Shown in pieces: positions 26,152-36,755 of a stretch of 57,319 bases of DNA. The stretch is from contig JALVWC010000008.1 of the NCBI GenBank assembly GCA_027038505.1, positions 1 through 57,319 of the forward strand, written 5' to 3'. The translations under genes were made by a program, and so were the position numbers. Under the pieces are notes generated by a model, which had not been told where the DNA came from, did not search any database, and saw nothing but the letters and a program-made list of their open reading frames with translations. How positions within the stretch are numbered: the stretch's first letter is position 1; each line of letters starts with the position of its first letter. The stretch comes from Nanobdellati archaeon (lineage in GTDB: Archaea > EX4484-52 > WAPT01).

Positions 26152-26943
26152 ATGCTCCTGAACACCTCACGTAATTTCCTCGTTTCAGAGAATGAGAATA
26201 TGGAGGAAGCTAAAGTGATAGTCCTTGGCGTGCCCTTCGACAGTACGGAAACCACACTACCGGGACAGAGACTTGCACCCATTGAAATCAGAAAAGCTCT
26301 GCTCTCCATCGAGCTCAACGAACTTTTGGATGAGGTCTATGACGCCGGGGATGTTGTTGTGGTGCACGGAAGCGTGAGGAAAACGATGGAAAGGTTGGGG
26401 GACGTTCTTGATGACATCTGGAAAAGGAACAGCAGGGCGATGCTCCTCGTGCTGGGCGGAGAGCACACCATAACTTATGGAGTTGTGAGGTTCCTCGCCA
26501 CAAAGTTTAACGAGTTGCAGCTTGTCTTCATGGATGCCCACGGGGACGCTTACGATGATTACATGGGTCTAAAACTTTGCCATGCGACCGTGCTCAGGAG
26601 GATTGATGAGCTCGGGAATGTCAAGATAGCCACGGTCGGGATAAGGGAAGAGCTGGAGGAGCTGAGCAATCTCAATAATCTGGTCAGTATTGATGATCTT
26701 GACAGGAGGAAACCAACGTATGTGAGCATAGACGTTGATGTCCTTGATCCCTCCATCATGCCCGGAGTATCGGATCCTGTGCCTATCGGATTGAGGGCGG
26801 AGGACATCATCAATTATATCAAGAGGTTTGACCTTCTTGTTGGTGTGGATGTGGTTGAACTTAATCCCATGCTTGAGAACAACATTTCACCCAGAACCGC
26901 GGCGTGGATCGTGAGGGAGATCATGACAGGATCGAGAACGTAA
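26152..26943 (+). CDS. speB: Agmatinase (ureohydrolase family)
   Basis: LGVPFD, GGEHTITYG, FMDAHGD, SIDVDVLDP manganese-ligand motifs. Confidence 0.85.
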   Translation: MLLNTSRNFLVSENENMEEAKVIVLGVPFDSTETTLPGQRLAPIEIRKALLSIELNELLDEVYDAGDVVVVHGSVRKTMERLGDVLDDIWKRNSRAMLLVLGGEHTITYGVVRFLATKFNELQLVFMDAHGDAYDDYMGLKLCHATVLRRIDELGNVKIATVGIREELEELSNLNNLVSIDDLDRRKPTYVSIDVDVLDPSIMPGVSDPVPIGLRAEDIINYIKRFDLLVGVDVVELNPMLENNISPRTAAWIVREIMTGSRT

Positions 26944-27066
26944 AGTTTTTATTCACTTTTTCGGTAAACTTCAGGTTATCAAAAGAACAGGAAATCCAAA
27001 AATAATCTGCATCGAATAACATAAGGGCGAAATCCTTATAAAGTTCCGAACAATTTCCTTCTCTTC

Positions 27067-27828
27067 ATGATAGATGTGCATTGCCATCTCGAACAGAAGG
27101 ACTATGACGAAGATCTGAACAAGGTCATAGAGAGGGCCAAACAAACCGGGCTTAAAGCCATCATCACCTGCTGTGCCAACCCCGCCGATCTTGAAAAAAG
27201 TCTGAATATAGTTGAAAAGTACAGGGGATTCGTGTTCTTAACCGCATCCCTTCACCCGATCCATGTGCCCGAGTACACCGACGATCAGATCGAAGAGTTT
27301 ATGAAACGGCTGGAGGGTTTGAAGAATAAAATTGTGGGAATAGGAGAGGCTGGCCTAGACTATTACTGGGTAAAGGACGAAAGACAAAGAACAAGACAGA
27401 TGGAGGTTTTTCGAATGCACATAGAACTAGCAAAAAAGCTCAAACTACCCCTCATAGTGCACAGCAGAGACAGTCACGATGATACTGTTGCTATTCTCGA
27501 GGAGTACAACTACGACAGGGTGCTGTGGCACTTCTTCGGTGTGAAGGATAGGGTGGAGTGGCTGGTTGAGCACGGATACAGAGCATCTTTTAATACTCTG
27601 TTATTGAGGAGCAAGACTCACAAAAAGATAGTTAAAAAACTGCCCATGGAGCTTATCATGCTTGAAACAGATGCGCCGTGGCTCGGATTTGGTAAAAGAA
27701 ACGAGTCTTCAGCCATATTTAAAGTGGCTGAGAAAATTGCTGAGGTTAAAAAGATGAACTTCGAGGAAGTCTGGCAGACATGCGGAAGGAATGCTGTGGG
27801 GTTCTTCAGGCTGGAGATAAGCCCCTGA
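27067..27828 (+). CDS. TatD-family metal-dependent hydrolase
   Basis: MIDVHCHL start; GEAGLDYY; VHSRD. Confidence 0.85.
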   Translation: MIDVHCHLEQKDYDEDLNKVIERAKQTGLKAIITCCANPADLEKSLNIVEKYRGFVFLTASLHPIHVPEYTDDQIEEFMKRLEGLKNKIVGIGEAGLDYYWVKDERQRTRQMEVFRMHIELAKKLKLPLIVHSRDSHDDTVAILEEYNYDRVLWHFFGVKDRVEWLVEHGYRASFNTLLLRSKTHKKIVKKLPMELIMLETDAPWLGFGKRNESSAIFKVAEKIAEVKKMNFEEVWQTCGRNAVGFFRLEISP

Positions 27829-27932
27829 ACCCCGGTTGACGAAAACCCTTTTTGCAAATTGTGAAAAATAATGATCAGAGCGACCAAACAAATATAAAGG
27901 TCGTGCACAAAAAACAAAATCAGGGAGGCGGT

Positions 27933-29090
27933 ATGAGCGTTAAAAACGGCAACCCGTACGAGTATGAGGACTCGGATTCAAACATAAGGGTGAGATCGCT
28001 CACCCTTGAGGAGGAGAACGAGCTGCTTCGCGATTCATTAAGGGAGTTGCAAGAGGAGTTGGAAAAGTTCAGAAGGCCACCATTAATAGTTTCAAGTGTG
28101 GTTGACGTCATCTCTCCGGAAAAGGTGGTTGTGAGGCTCAATAGCGGTGATTTCTGCGTCAATGTGGCAAAGGAGCTTGTCGGAAAGCTCGAACCTGATG
28201 ACAGGGTGATCCTTGAGCAGCGCTCCCTCACAGTCCTTGAAAAAATAGGCAAGTCCAAGTACTTTGATGTCACGAAATTTGTCATAGTGGAGAAACCGAA
28301 GGTCAGCTGGAAGGACATAGGCGGACTTGAGGAGCAGATAAGAGAAATAAGAGAAGTCATAGAGCTGCCACTCACAAAACCCCAGGTTTTCGAGAAAGTG
28401 GGGATAACCCCGCCCAAAGGTGTGCTTTTATACGGTCCGCCGGGAACGGGTAAGACTCTGCTTGCAAAGGCCGTGGCCGCCAACAGTAACGCCACCTTTA
28501 TTGAAGTTGTTGGCTCCGAGCTCGTGCAGAAGTTCATCGGAGAGGGTGCCAAGTTCGTCAAGTCGATTTTCCAGCTCGCAAGAGAAAAAGCCCCATCCAT
28601 CGTGTTCATTGATGAGCTGGACTCCATAGCCGCAAAGCGCATCGAGGTCGGTACATCCGGCGAGAGGGAAGTGCAGAGGACATTCATGCAGCTTCTTGCC
28701 GAGATTGATGGTTTCAAGCCACTGGGTAATGTTAAGGTGATAGGCGCAACAAACAGACTCGACATCCTCGATCCGGCGATCCTCAGGCCGGGTAGGCTTG
28801 ATCGTCTGATTCATGTGCCAAAGCCCAATTTCGAGGGAAGGGTGGAGATATTCAGGATACACACAAGAAAAATGAACCTTGCGGATGACGTGTCGTTTGA
28901 AAAACTCTCTCATTTTACAGACGGCATGACGGGAGCGGACATCAAAGCGATCTGTACCGAAGCCGGTTATTTTGCCATAAGAAATAACAGGACAAAGGTT
29001 ACGATGGAAGACTTTGAAAACGCAATAGAAAAGGTCAAGAAGAAGGTAAAGAAAAACGAAAGGCCGGAACACAGCTGGATGTACAGCTGA
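27933..29090 (+). CDS. pan: Proteasome-activating nucleotidase (AAA+ ATPase)
   Basis: Coiled-coil N-terminus, Walker A GPPGTGKT, Walker B IVFIDELD. GGAGGCGGT SD immediately precedes ATG 27933; the track start at 27852 is less likely. Confidence 0.9.
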   Translation: MSVKNGNPYEYEDSDSNIRVRSLTLEEENELLRDSLRELQEELEKFRRPPLIVSSVVDVISPEKVVVRLNSGDFCVNVAKELVGKLEPDDRVILEQRSLTVLEKIGKSKYFDVTKFVIVEKPKVSWKDIGGLEEQIREIREVIELPLTKPQVFEKVGITPPKGVLLYGPPGTGKTLLAKAVAANSNATFIEVVGSELVQKFIGEGAKFVKSIFQLAREKAPSIVFIDELDSIAAKRIEVGTSGEREVQRTFMQLLAEIDGFKPLGNVKVIGATNRLDILDPAILRPGRLDRLIHVPKPNFEGRVEIFRIHTRKMNLADDVSFEKLSHFTDGMTGADIKAICTEAGYFAIRNNRTKVTMEDFENAIEKVKKKVKKNERPEHSWMYS

Positions 29091-29104
29091 ATGGGGATGT
29101 CCTA

Positions 29105-29731
29105 GTGAGAATGGTCAGAGCCAGAAAGGGAAAAGTCGAAAAATCCTCACTGTTCGTTAGACCCGCTGATATTATAACCACCTTTCGATGGCTTCTTGCA
29201 GTTGTGTTAGCAGTTATCCTGTTATTCTCTCCCGGTAAACTGAATATTTGTATCGGGGCAGCAGCCGTTATTCTCATCTTCTTCATGGATTATCTGGATG
29301 GTATACTCGCAAGAAGATTTGAAGGAGGCAGTAAAAACAATGTTGAGGGTGCTTTCTACGACATAGCGGGAGACAGGACTGTGGAGTGCGTGCTGCAGGT
29401 TCCGTTTGTTTACGCTGCCATCCTTAATCCTCTCGTGCTGATCTACTACTTATCGAAAAATTTTATGATAGATCACATACGATATGTCAGTGCTTTAAAG
29501 TCAAGAAAAGCTCCGTTCATGCAGGGAAAAACCCGGATGTTTGTTGGACTGGTTTCCTCCAGGATTATGAGAGGTCTATACGGCTTCATGAAGGTTATGA
29601 TGTTCCTCCTGCTTTTTATTGCGATGTACAACACCAGCCTTATCCATCCTGCGAATATGGTAGCATACATCACAGTCTTTATTTCGGTTTTGAGAACGGC
29701 GCCCGTTGTAATTGAGTTTGCGAGGGGATGA
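29105..29731 (+). CDS. CDP-alcohol phosphatidyltransferase family protein
   Basis: DYLDGILARR..G..YDIAGDR signature; polytopic. Confidence 0.8.
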   Translation: MRMVRARKGKVEKSSLFVRPADIITTFRWLLAVVLAVILLFSPGKLNICIGAAAVILIFFMDYLDGILARRFEGGSKNNVEGAFYDIAGDRTVECVLQVPFVYAAILNPLVLIYYLSKNFMIDHIRYVSALKSRKAPFMQGKTRMFVGLVSSRIMRGLYGFMKVMMFLLLFIAMYNTSLIHPANMVAYITVFISVLRTAPVVIEFARG

Positions 29732-29879
29732 AAAATTTAAAAACAGGAAATTTATGCATTCTTCATTTTATTTCACTGATTGTAGGGAGATGTTGTGTGC
29801 TTGGCACGAAAGCATGCCACAGGATGACACATCCCAATCAACGCCAATTTTTTATTGTTAATTTCCGCTGTTAAAATCC

Positions 29880-30488
29880 ATGCTCGAATTGAATGACAAG
29901 AAAGCGCTCTACGTTGTGTTTGAGGGTATGGACGCGAGCGGAAAGAGCACCCAGGCAAGAATGCTCGCCGATTTTCTTTCCTCCCAGGGCTTCAGTGTGT
30001 TCTTTTTTGCCGAGCCGACAGACGGTGTTGTGGGGCGCTTTCTGAAGGAAAGGATGTTGAAGAGTAAGAATTACGCTCCCGAAACAGTAGCTTTGTGTTT
30101 TGCTGCCGATCGAGTTATTTTCAGGGATGAAAAGCTGATGGAAGCTCTGAGAACCCACGATGTGGTGGTTGCCGACAGGAGCTACTATTCCTCGCTTGTT
30201 TACCAGACGGTTATGGGGCTCGATTATCACTGGGTAAAGGAGATCAACCGCTTTGCCATAAAGCCGGACATTGCATTTGTTCTCGACATTCCGGTGGAGG
30301 AGTATGTAAAAAGGAAGGGCACAACCGAGATCATCTTTGAAAACGATGCGTTTCAGAAAAAAGTGAGGAACATGTATCTGAAGCTGCCGGAGCTTCTACC
30401 CAACGATAACATCATCATTCTGGACGGCACCAGATCCGAGGAAGATTTGCATCAGGAGATAAGAAAAAAGGTCGTTGCATTGATCTGA
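29880..30488 (+). CDS. tmk: Thymidylate kinase
   Basis: FEGMDASGKSTQ P-loop and DRSYYSSLVYQ. Confidence 0.85.
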   Translation: MLELNDKKALYVVFEGMDASGKSTQARMLADFLSSQGFSVFFFAEPTDGVVGRFLKERMLKSKNYAPETVALCFAADRVIFRDEKLMEALRTHDVVVADRSYYSSLVYQTVMGLDYHWVKEINRFAIKPDIAFVLDIPVEEYVKRKGTTEIIFENDAFQKKVRNMYLKLPELLPNDNIIILDGTRSEEDLHQEIRKKVVALI

Positions 30489-30525
30489 CATTTTCCTTTT
30501 AAATTTTCCATCCGAATTTGACAGC

Positions 30526-31488
30526 ATGGATGAAAGGAGCAACAACGCACTTCATGAAAAGCTCGAGTTATTCAAGAAAACTCTGAAAAGACAGCATTAC
30601 GGAATTGTGGGCAATCACTCGGCGGTTAAGGTCTGCGAATGGGCCAAGAAGAGCATAAAGGATCAGGGTGTGTGCTACAAAGAGAAGTTTTATTACAAAC
30701 ATTACGGTATTCAGAGCCACACATGCCTGCAGATGAGTCCCGCTGCCTTCTTCTGTCCGAACCGCTGCATATACTGCTGGAGAGCCATAGAGCAGACGGT
30801 AAGTGAGGACATGACCTCCTTCCCGCTCATCGACGATCCCGCAAGCATAATAGACGGTTGTATTCAGCAGCACCGAAAGCTGCTTTCCGGTCTTAAGGGC
30901 TATGCTGGCACGAACATGAAGAAGTGGGAAGAAGCCCAGAATCCAAAAAATGCGGCCATAAGTCTGATAGGGGAACCGACAGCATACCCTCTTATCTCGG
31001 ATCTGATTAAGGAGTTTCATAGGCGTGGCTTTACAACATTTCTTGTAACCAATGGACAGTTTCCGGAAAGGCTTGAAGAGTTGGAAGAGAGGCCCACGCA
31101 GCTCTACCTCTCTCTCGATGCACCAAACCCGGAAATTTATAGACGTGTTGACTGTCCCACACTTCCCGACTTCTGGGACAGGCTTATGAGGACCGTGGAG
31201 TTCCTCTCCGGTTATGACGGCAGGAAGTGTGTAAGGTTGACGATGATTAAGGGATACAACACCTCCAACTGGGAGGAGTATGCCAAACTGATTGAGAGGA
31301 TAAACCCCCACTTCGTTGAGGTTAAAGCATACATGTGGCTTGGATTTTCACGATACAGGTTAAAGGAAGAAAACATGCCGTACCACCACGACATAATAGA
31401 ATATGCTTCAAAACTGAATGAATATCTTAACTATAACTGGGCTGGAGAGGACGAGCGCAGCAGGGTCGTGCTCCTGAGCAGGATATAA
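30526..31488 (+). CDS. taw1: tRNA 4-demethylwyosine synthase (radical SAM, Tyw1/Taw1)
   Basis: HSAVKVCEWAKKS, CPNRCIYCWR cluster, GEPTAYP. Confidence 0.85.
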   Translation: MDERSNNALHEKLELFKKTLKRQHYGIVGNHSAVKVCEWAKKSIKDQGVCYKEKFYYKHYGIQSHTCLQMSPAAFFCPNRCIYCWRAIEQTVSEDMTSFPLIDDPASIIDGCIQQHRKLLSGLKGYAGTNMKKWEEAQNPKNAAISLIGEPTAYPLISDLIKEFHRRGFTTFLVTNGQFPERLEELEERPTQLYLSLDAPNPEIYRRVDCPTLPDFWDRLMRTVEFLSGYDGRKCVRLTMIKGYNTSNWEEYAKLIERINPHFVEVKAYMWLGFSRYRLKEENMPYHHDIIEYASKLNEYLNYNWAGEDERSRVVLLSRI

Positions 31489-31546
31489 AGGGATTTTGGT
31501 TGAATTCAGGAAAAACCTTTTATTTTTCCACCCTCCTCTTCTGATC

Positions 31547-32065
31547 ATGGAAGTAAAAAACCACCTGTTGTACGGATTGCCGCATCCAAAAATCGCCTGC
31601 CTGCCGGTTGCCGATACCAACATCGTGACGTTTGCCTGGGCGATGCCTGTTGATGATGAAGCAAAGGTTCTCCCATATCCATGTGAAAGGGCAACTAACA
31701 GTTACGAGCTAAGTGAAAGGAGGAGAGAGTTGGTTCTTTGCATACCCGCAGCAGAGATGCTGAGAGAAGTGTGGTTCTGCGGGATGATGGGCGAGAGGAA
31801 AGTAAACAAAGTGGAAGAGCTCGGCATCCAGATGGAAAATGACGTGAAAATAAAGGCACACCACACTAAAGGATGTGCGGCATTTCTGGAATGCAGAGTG
31901 ATGGATTCAGCACCGCACAAACAATTCGGAGAGCATGCGGTGTACTTTGCCGGGTGTTATACTCATGGGCCGATGACAAACTCTTTGATAGAACATGGAA
32001 AGAAAATGCCAACATTTTGCTTCATGTTGGAGGTGGATTTTTCACAACCCCGTCGAGATTTTTGA
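31547..32065 (+). CDS. Flavin-reductase-like domain protein (putative)
   Basis: Pattern IVTFAWAMPV..ELVLCIP..GMMGERKVNKVEELG..CAAFLECRV fits the FMN-binding split-barrel fold. The start is uncertain; the track gives TTG 31496. Confidence 0.4.
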   Translation: MEVKNHLLYGLPHPKIACLPVADTNIVTFAWAMPVDDEAKVLPYPCERATNSYELSERRRELVLCIPAAEMLREVWFCGMMGERKVNKVEELGIQMENDVKIKAHHTKGCAAFLECRVMDSAPHKQFGEHAVYFAGCYTHGPMTNSLIEHGKKMPTFCFMLEVDFSQPRRDF

Positions 32066-32171
32066 TAGCTTAACCATCACAAAAATCTTAAAAAGCTCGG
32101 AATCCCCCTGCTGATTAAAGGTGAAAATTGATGAATGTTCTCGATTTTCAAAAACGGTGAGGTGATGTACC

Positions 32172-32966
32172 TTGCTCAATGACATCATGAAGGAGATAAA
32201 AAGAACTCAGGTTTTGGTTTTTGCGGGAGGTATGGCTAAAAGGATGGGGTACCTCGATAAGCCGAAAGCGCTTCTGGAGGTTAACGGCAAACCCTTAATA
32301 GACCACACACTTGAAATGTGCGCGGAGTGTGGTTTCGAGGATTTCGTTTTCCTGCTCGGACATAAAAGCGAGGACATAATCTCCCACCTCAAAAAGTGGG
32401 AGGGGAAAATAAACATGAGATACTCCGTCGAGCCCGAGCACATTAAGGGAAAGGGTAAGGCTTTCAAGTTTGCTCTGGAGAATGGCAAGATAGACAGAAA
32501 CAGGAGGAGCCTTGTGGTATTTCCCGATGACCTTGTGCTCGATCCCACACTACCGCTTCAGGCACTGCTGCACCACCTTACGGGTGTCAGAAGTTTTGGG
32601 ATAAAAGCCACGATCGTTTTCACAACAGGAACGGAATATCCATTCGGTGTCGGAGAGATAGACAGCTACGGAATAGTTCATGATTTTGTTGAGAAGCCTT
32701 TCATAGAAAAGCCCACCTCTATAGGTATGTACCTGCTCGAGCCTTACGTTTACGAGCTTGTGGGCAAGAAGATAGATCTGAATGCCAGCAATGGTGTTGA
32801 GTTCGAGAGTATGATCCTTCCGGTGCTTGCCGAGGAAAAAGCTCTGTATTCTTTCCTGATACCGCCAAACCTTTGGATACCTGTAAACACCATTAAGGAG
32901 TATGAACTGGCCAACAGAGTTGTGATAAAGCTCGAGAAGAATAAAGGAAAGGAAAAAGAGCCATAG
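32172..32966 (+). CDS. Sugar-phosphate nucleotidyltransferase
   Basis: LVFAGGMAKRMG..KPKALLEVNGKPLIDH N-terminal signature. Confidence 0.75.
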   Translation: MLNDIMKEIKRTQVLVFAGGMAKRMGYLDKPKALLEVNGKPLIDHTLEMCAECGFEDFVFLLGHKSEDIISHLKKWEGKINMRYSVEPEHIKGKGKAFKFALENGKIDRNRRSLVVFPDDLVLDPTLPLQALLHHLTGVRSFGIKATIVFTTGTEYPFGVGEIDSYGIVHDFVEKPFIEKPTSIGMYLLEPYVYELVGKKIDLNASNGVEFESMILPVLAEEKALYSFLIPPNLWIPVNTIKEYELANRVVIKLEKNKGKEKEP

Positions 32967-32967
32967 T

Positions 32968-33555
32968 TTATTTTTCCTCATTCTCTTCTCTTTGTTTTTG
33001 TTTTTTATTATTCTGTTTCTTTTCCTCCAGCTTAACGACCTTCTTACCCCTTTCTTGAGGCAGGATCTTTAGCCTGGCTCCCTTAAACTCCTCCTTGAGA
33101 TTTCTATCAAAAAGCTCGTAAAGGAAAACAGCAAGAGCTCCCACTTCACTGTGGGGCTGATTGCCTATGGCAATGTTATGATCTGCAAGCCCGTAAAGCT
33201 CAGAAGGAACCTTCTCGCTTCCCACCACCACACACAGTTTTCTGCTGGATGCTTCCTCCCTGATCCTATCCATCTTTTTCTGGAAGGGTACCCCGTACAT
33301 TGTGAGGTGAACCTTAACACCGTTAAACGCTTTTAACCATCCTTTCCAGTTCCTCTCATAGGAGATAAAGAAGGGGCCACCCCACCTCTCCACAACATCC
33401 ACGATGCTTTTTTCCATTACTTCGTCCTTTTCTCCAGAATAAATTACGCCGCTTGCCCCGAAAGCTCTTGCAACAAGAGCCACATGTGTGCTTATACGCT
33501 TATCCCTCTCCTTTCGGTGTCCTAGTCTGAGAACAATAACTTCAGTCACCATCAC
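32968..33555 (-). CDS. trm56: tRNA (cytidine56-2'-O)-methyltransferase (SPOUT)
   Basis: VLRLGHRKERDKRISTHVALVARAFGA, RWGGPFF, VKVHLTMYG and AIGNQPHSEV closely follow archaeal Trm56. Lysine-rich tail. Confidence 0.85.
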   Translation of the reverse strand: MMVTEVIVLRLGHRKERDKRISTHVALVARAFGASGVIYSGEKDEVMEKSIVDVVERWGGPFFISYERNWKGWLKAFNGVKVHLTMYGVPFQKKMDRIREEASSRKLCVVVGSEKVPSELYGLADHNIAIGNQPHSEVGALAVFLYELFDRNLKEEFKGARLKILPQERGKKVVKLEEKKQNNKKQKQREENEEK

Positions 33556-33570
33556 TTCTGATTTGAGTGA

Positions 33571-34404
33571 TCAGGTTTTTATAACCGTACCAAGCCCCAC
33601 CTCTCCCATGAGCGCTCTCTTAACATATCCTGCCCTATTGCCGTTGATTATCTCCGCAACGATGCCCTCCAGTTCCATCAGCTCCTCGATTTTTCTTACC
33701 ATTCCCCCCGTCACGTCAAAGTACGCTGAACCGCTAAGCATATCCAGCACCTCTTTGACATTCTCTCTCGTTATTTCCTTTATCAGCTTTGCATCCCGGT
33801 GTTTTTTGGGGTCCTTATTATATATGCCATCCACATCGCTTGCGTGGATCAGCCTGTCAGGCCTCAGCTTTCTCGCAAGATACTTCATGATTTCATCTCC
33901 CGAAAGAATGCCGCCGCCAAGCTTTTTGTCATAAGCCGGCACACCGTAGAGCACGGGCACCAGCCCCACCGAGACCATACCTTCTATCGCCTCGATGTCC
34001 ATGTGGACAAGTTTCTCATTTTCAAGTACGGCGCTTGCTGAAGCCTGCACGGGCGTTGCGGGTACGTGATGATTTTGGAGGTAAGCGCATACTTTAGCGT
34101 TCAGCTCATTCTGGAGCCTCTGGATCTCAGCAAACCCCAGAAGCTTCCTTTCATACTCGTTTCCATTCAGAGCCTTGTAGAGCGTCGCCAGCACATGCCC
34201 GTAACTACCGGCCCCATGTATCAGAATGAGGGCGAGGTCTCTCCTCTCGTTCCATGCTTCCCCTATTTCCTTTGCGAGTCTCTTGACATTATCCTTGTGG
34301 AGTGTGGGCATCCATCTATTCTTGTAGGTTATTATGGATCCGCCAAGCTTCAGGATCGCGAACTCCCGGATCTCCCGAGCGTGGCCAACTTTATTCGTGG
34401 TCAT
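33571..34404 (-). CDS. ipk: Isopentenyl phosphate kinase
   Basis: Amino-acid-kinase fold motifs ILKLGGSIIT and IHGAGSYGH. ATG 34404 lies 1 nt after the ubiX stop with a GAGAGGTGGTG SD; the track start is 34428. Confidence 0.8.
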   Translation of the reverse strand: MTTNKVGHAREIREFAILKLGGSIITYKNRWMPTLHKDNVKRLAKEIGEAWNERRDLALILIHGAGSYGHVLATLYKALNGNEYERKLLGFAEIQRLQNELNAKVCAYLQNHHVPATPVQASASAVLENEKLVHMDIEAIEGMVSVGLVPVLYGVPAYDKKLGGGILSGDEIMKYLARKLRPDRLIHASDVDGIYNKDPKKHRDAKLIKEITRENVKEVLDMLSGSAYFDVTGGMVRKIEELMELEGIVAEIINGNRAGYVKRALMGEVGLGTVIKT

Positions 34405-34405
34405 G

Positions 34406-35041
34406 TCAGCACCACCTCTCATAATCATAGTTTACTCCTATCTGATCCATAACCTTGCCGATTATGTTTTTGATCATGGCTTCGCCTGAAGGAAAAACGA
34501 AATCCTCACGAAAGCTATCACTCGTGCTTTTGCTTACCTTAATCTTTCCTCCATAAAAGCTCATCACTATGGGGAGTATTACCGCACCTTCTTGAGCGAG
34601 TCTGAGCATGTTTTCGATGTGTGCTTTCCTCAATGGAGTTTCCCTGACACAGAGCACAAGCTTCCTGCCCTCCTTCAGAGTAACGCTCGCGGCCCTGATA
34701 ATGAGGTTCAGCTCAGCCCCACATGCAATCAAGGCGAGGGTTTTCATGCTGCATGGCAGCACCACCATTCCATCATGCCTGAAAGTTCCGGAAGATATAG
34801 GGGCACTGAGCTCATGCTCCCCATAAACATGATCGCTCCATTCTTTAATCCTGCTGATAAAGTTCTCCTCGCTTATCCCCATTTCATGCATGGCCACCCT
34901 CACCGCTCCCCGAGAACAGACGGTGTGAATCTCAAACATGCCGGTTTTCTTCAACTCCCTCAGGAACAGAACTCCGGCTGCAACACCCGATGCTCCCGTT
35001 ATTGCGACAACGATTCTTCTCCTCCCCATGCTTAGTACCAA
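34406..35041 (-). CDS. ubiX: Flavin prenyltransferase UbiX
   Basis: IVVAITGASGV, VVLPCSMKTLA. Confidence 0.85.
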   Translation of the reverse strand: MVLSMGRRRIVVAITGASGVAAGVLFLRELKKTGMFEIHTVCSRGAVRVAMHEMGISEENFISRIKEWSDHVYGEHELSAPISSGTFRHDGMVVLPCSMKTLALIACGAELNLIIRAASVTLKEGRKLVLCVRETPLRKAHIENMLRLAQEGAVILPIVMSFYGGKIKVSKSTSDSFREDFVFPSGEAMIKNIIGKVMDQIGVNYDYERWC

Positions 35042-35074
35042 ACCCCCGGTTACCTTTTGACCGCTTCACACCTT

Positions 35075-35515
35075 TCATTCCAGTATTTCAACCACTCCGC
35101 TTGTTCCATTCACCCGGACCTTCCTCGCATCTCTCAGCTCACCGATGTTGATGCCATCGACACACGGAATCTCAGCGAGTATGCACCCCGTTGCAACTAT
35201 AGCTTCAGTCTCTTCATTAACTATTGCAAGAGGCGCGACCCCGTTCTTTTTAAGCCCGTAAATAACATAGGAGCCGACGGTGCTTCCCTTACCGTAAGGG
35301 AAAACGAACACCTTGTTGGCTATGCTCCTGCTGTAAAGCTCATGGCTCTTATCAATAACCCTGCCGGTTTTCAGATCGACGCCTCCGTAAAAGCTTATGG
35401 GCATCGCCGTAAAAATCACATCCCCTTCCGCTTCTCCATCCATAACAGGGTTTCCGCGGAGAACCCTGCGCGCACGATGCTCTGCAGCCACACCACCACC
35501 CCTATTACTTAACAA
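35075..35515 (-). CDS. Aconitase X swivel-domain protein (DUF126), phosphomevalonate dehydratase small subunit
   Basis: ISFYGGVD..G, PYGKGSTVGSYV, GVAPLAIV. Confidence 0.8.
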   Translation of the reverse strand: MLSNRGGGVAAEHRARRVLRGNPVMDGEAEGDVIFTAMPISFYGGVDLKTGRVIDKSHELYSRSIANKVFVFPYGKGSTVGSYVIYGLKKNGVAPLAIVNEETEAIVATGCILAEIPCVDGINIGELRDARKVRVNGTSGVVEILE

Positions 35516-36747
35516 AACCTCTTTATTATGTTTTCCAGCTTGTCGTAAAACACCACCTGGCTGTTCGTGTTTGGCAGATAGAACGCTGCCTTTGCGGAGT
35601 TCACAGCCATCTTTTTTATTCCGAGATCCTCAAGCGGAGCAACAACAGGACATGTGTCCGCTATTATTTTTACATTTAGCTTCTCCAGCTTATCAAGGTA
35701 TCCCGCCCTTTCCGCTATGCGCTTCACGGCCTCCGATGTGAAGACCCAGATAGGTACTCTGCTGCGTTTCCCGTTAAGAATGGAAACAAGGTTCTGTATT
35801 TCCGCTATGGAAGCGTGTGGACACCCCACAGCTATAACGTCAGCATCATCAACCTCAGAACACATTTCATCGTATGCCATGCGTATATCATCATTGTCAA
35901 CCTTAAGTCTGTCCTCTACGTCTTTCAGATTTTTGCCCGCATTCTCCGCTTCCGGTGTTATGCCCTCAATATGGAAGAGCGCAACAGCACCATAAGCCGC
36001 AAGGCTTGCGCCCAGAGCCTTAAGAGTGTCCTTATTGCAGGGTGATGTGCTCATTCCCTTAAAGTACGGAACCCCTTTTCCCATAACCTTACCCACGATA
36101 TAACCCAAAGCGCCGAAATCGGCGATGTCGCGCAGCTTTGCCTCCACCTCCACAAGGAAGGTTGGTGATCTGTTTTCCTCAAGATGCAATCCATACATCG
36201 GTGTTCTTCCGGTAATCGCCGCTGCCAGAGCGGAAGGGCCACCTTCCCTGTTGGTTCTTGCCCCCACCACAGAGTTGGCGAATGCCACAGCCGAGCTCTC
36301 ACTCCAGGCTATGTGCTCCCTGTAGCGGGGCAGAAGGCCCGCAAGGTAGGGAGTGCACGTACTTATTACCACAACCCCCATCGCTCTGAAAGCCTCCACT
36401 ATTCTGGTTTGCTTTTCTGCAAACTCCTCCGAAAAGCCGAGCTCCCTCCAGCCGTCAAGAGGCATGCCTGCCGGGTTCATGAACGCCGGAACTTTAACTC
36501 TCGCTCCTTCTCTCGCAAACCCTTCGAGGAACTCAAGCCCCGGATCCCCTATGTTCTTGTAGGAAACTCCGGCTATCTGCGCTGAGCCTATTCTCACCAT
36601 TCTCTCAGCGTTGAACTTCTCTCCCAGCTTCACAAGCAGCTTCATGCATCTTGCCACCACATTCCCATAACTGCCATCAAGCATCCTTTCCTCTTCTCTG
36701 GTTAGATACACGGAACAACACCCCGCATCCCTTTTGCGCACGAACAC
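35509..36747 (-). CDS. Aconitase X catalytic-domain protein (DUF521), phosphomevalonate dehydratase large subunit
   Basis: LTREEERMLDG, STCTPYL, AWSESSAVAFANSVVGARTNREG, GRTPMYGLHLEENR. Confidence 0.8.
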   Translation of the reverse strand: MFVRKRDAGCCSVYLTREEERMLDGSYGNVVARCMKLLVKLGEKFNAERMVRIGSAQIAGVSYKNIGDPGLEFLEGFAREGARVKVPAFMNPAGMPLDGWRELGFSEEFAEKQTRIVEAFRAMGVVVISTCTPYLAGLLPRYREHIAWSESSAVAFANSVVGARTNREGGPSALAAAITGRTPMYGLHLEENRSPTFLVEVEAKLRDIADFGALGYIVGKVMGKGVPYFKGMSTSPCNKDTLKALGASLAAYGAVALFHIEGITPEAENAGKNLKDVEDRLKVDNDDIRMAYDEMCSEVDDADVIAVGCPHASIAEIQNLVSILNGKRSRVPIWVFTSEAVKRIAERAGYLDKLEKLNVKIIADTCPVVAPLEDLGIKKMAVNSAKAAFYLPNTNSQVVFYDKLENIIKRFC

Positions 36748-36755
36748 TCAGGTCC

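Noticed and set aside
27920-28765. Long antisense ORFs opposite well-supported genes. Examples: 27920..28765 opposite PAN, 38566..39336 opposite mvk, 41147..42169 opposite hmgB, 30568..31311 opposite taw1, 43105..43806, 50957..51703, 55271..55900, 11024..11695, 12748..13320.
   Set aside because: Each lies fully inside a gene with strong family motifs on the other strand. Their translations are low-complexity (Ser/Pro/Leu-rich) with no motifs, so they are typical shadow ORFs.
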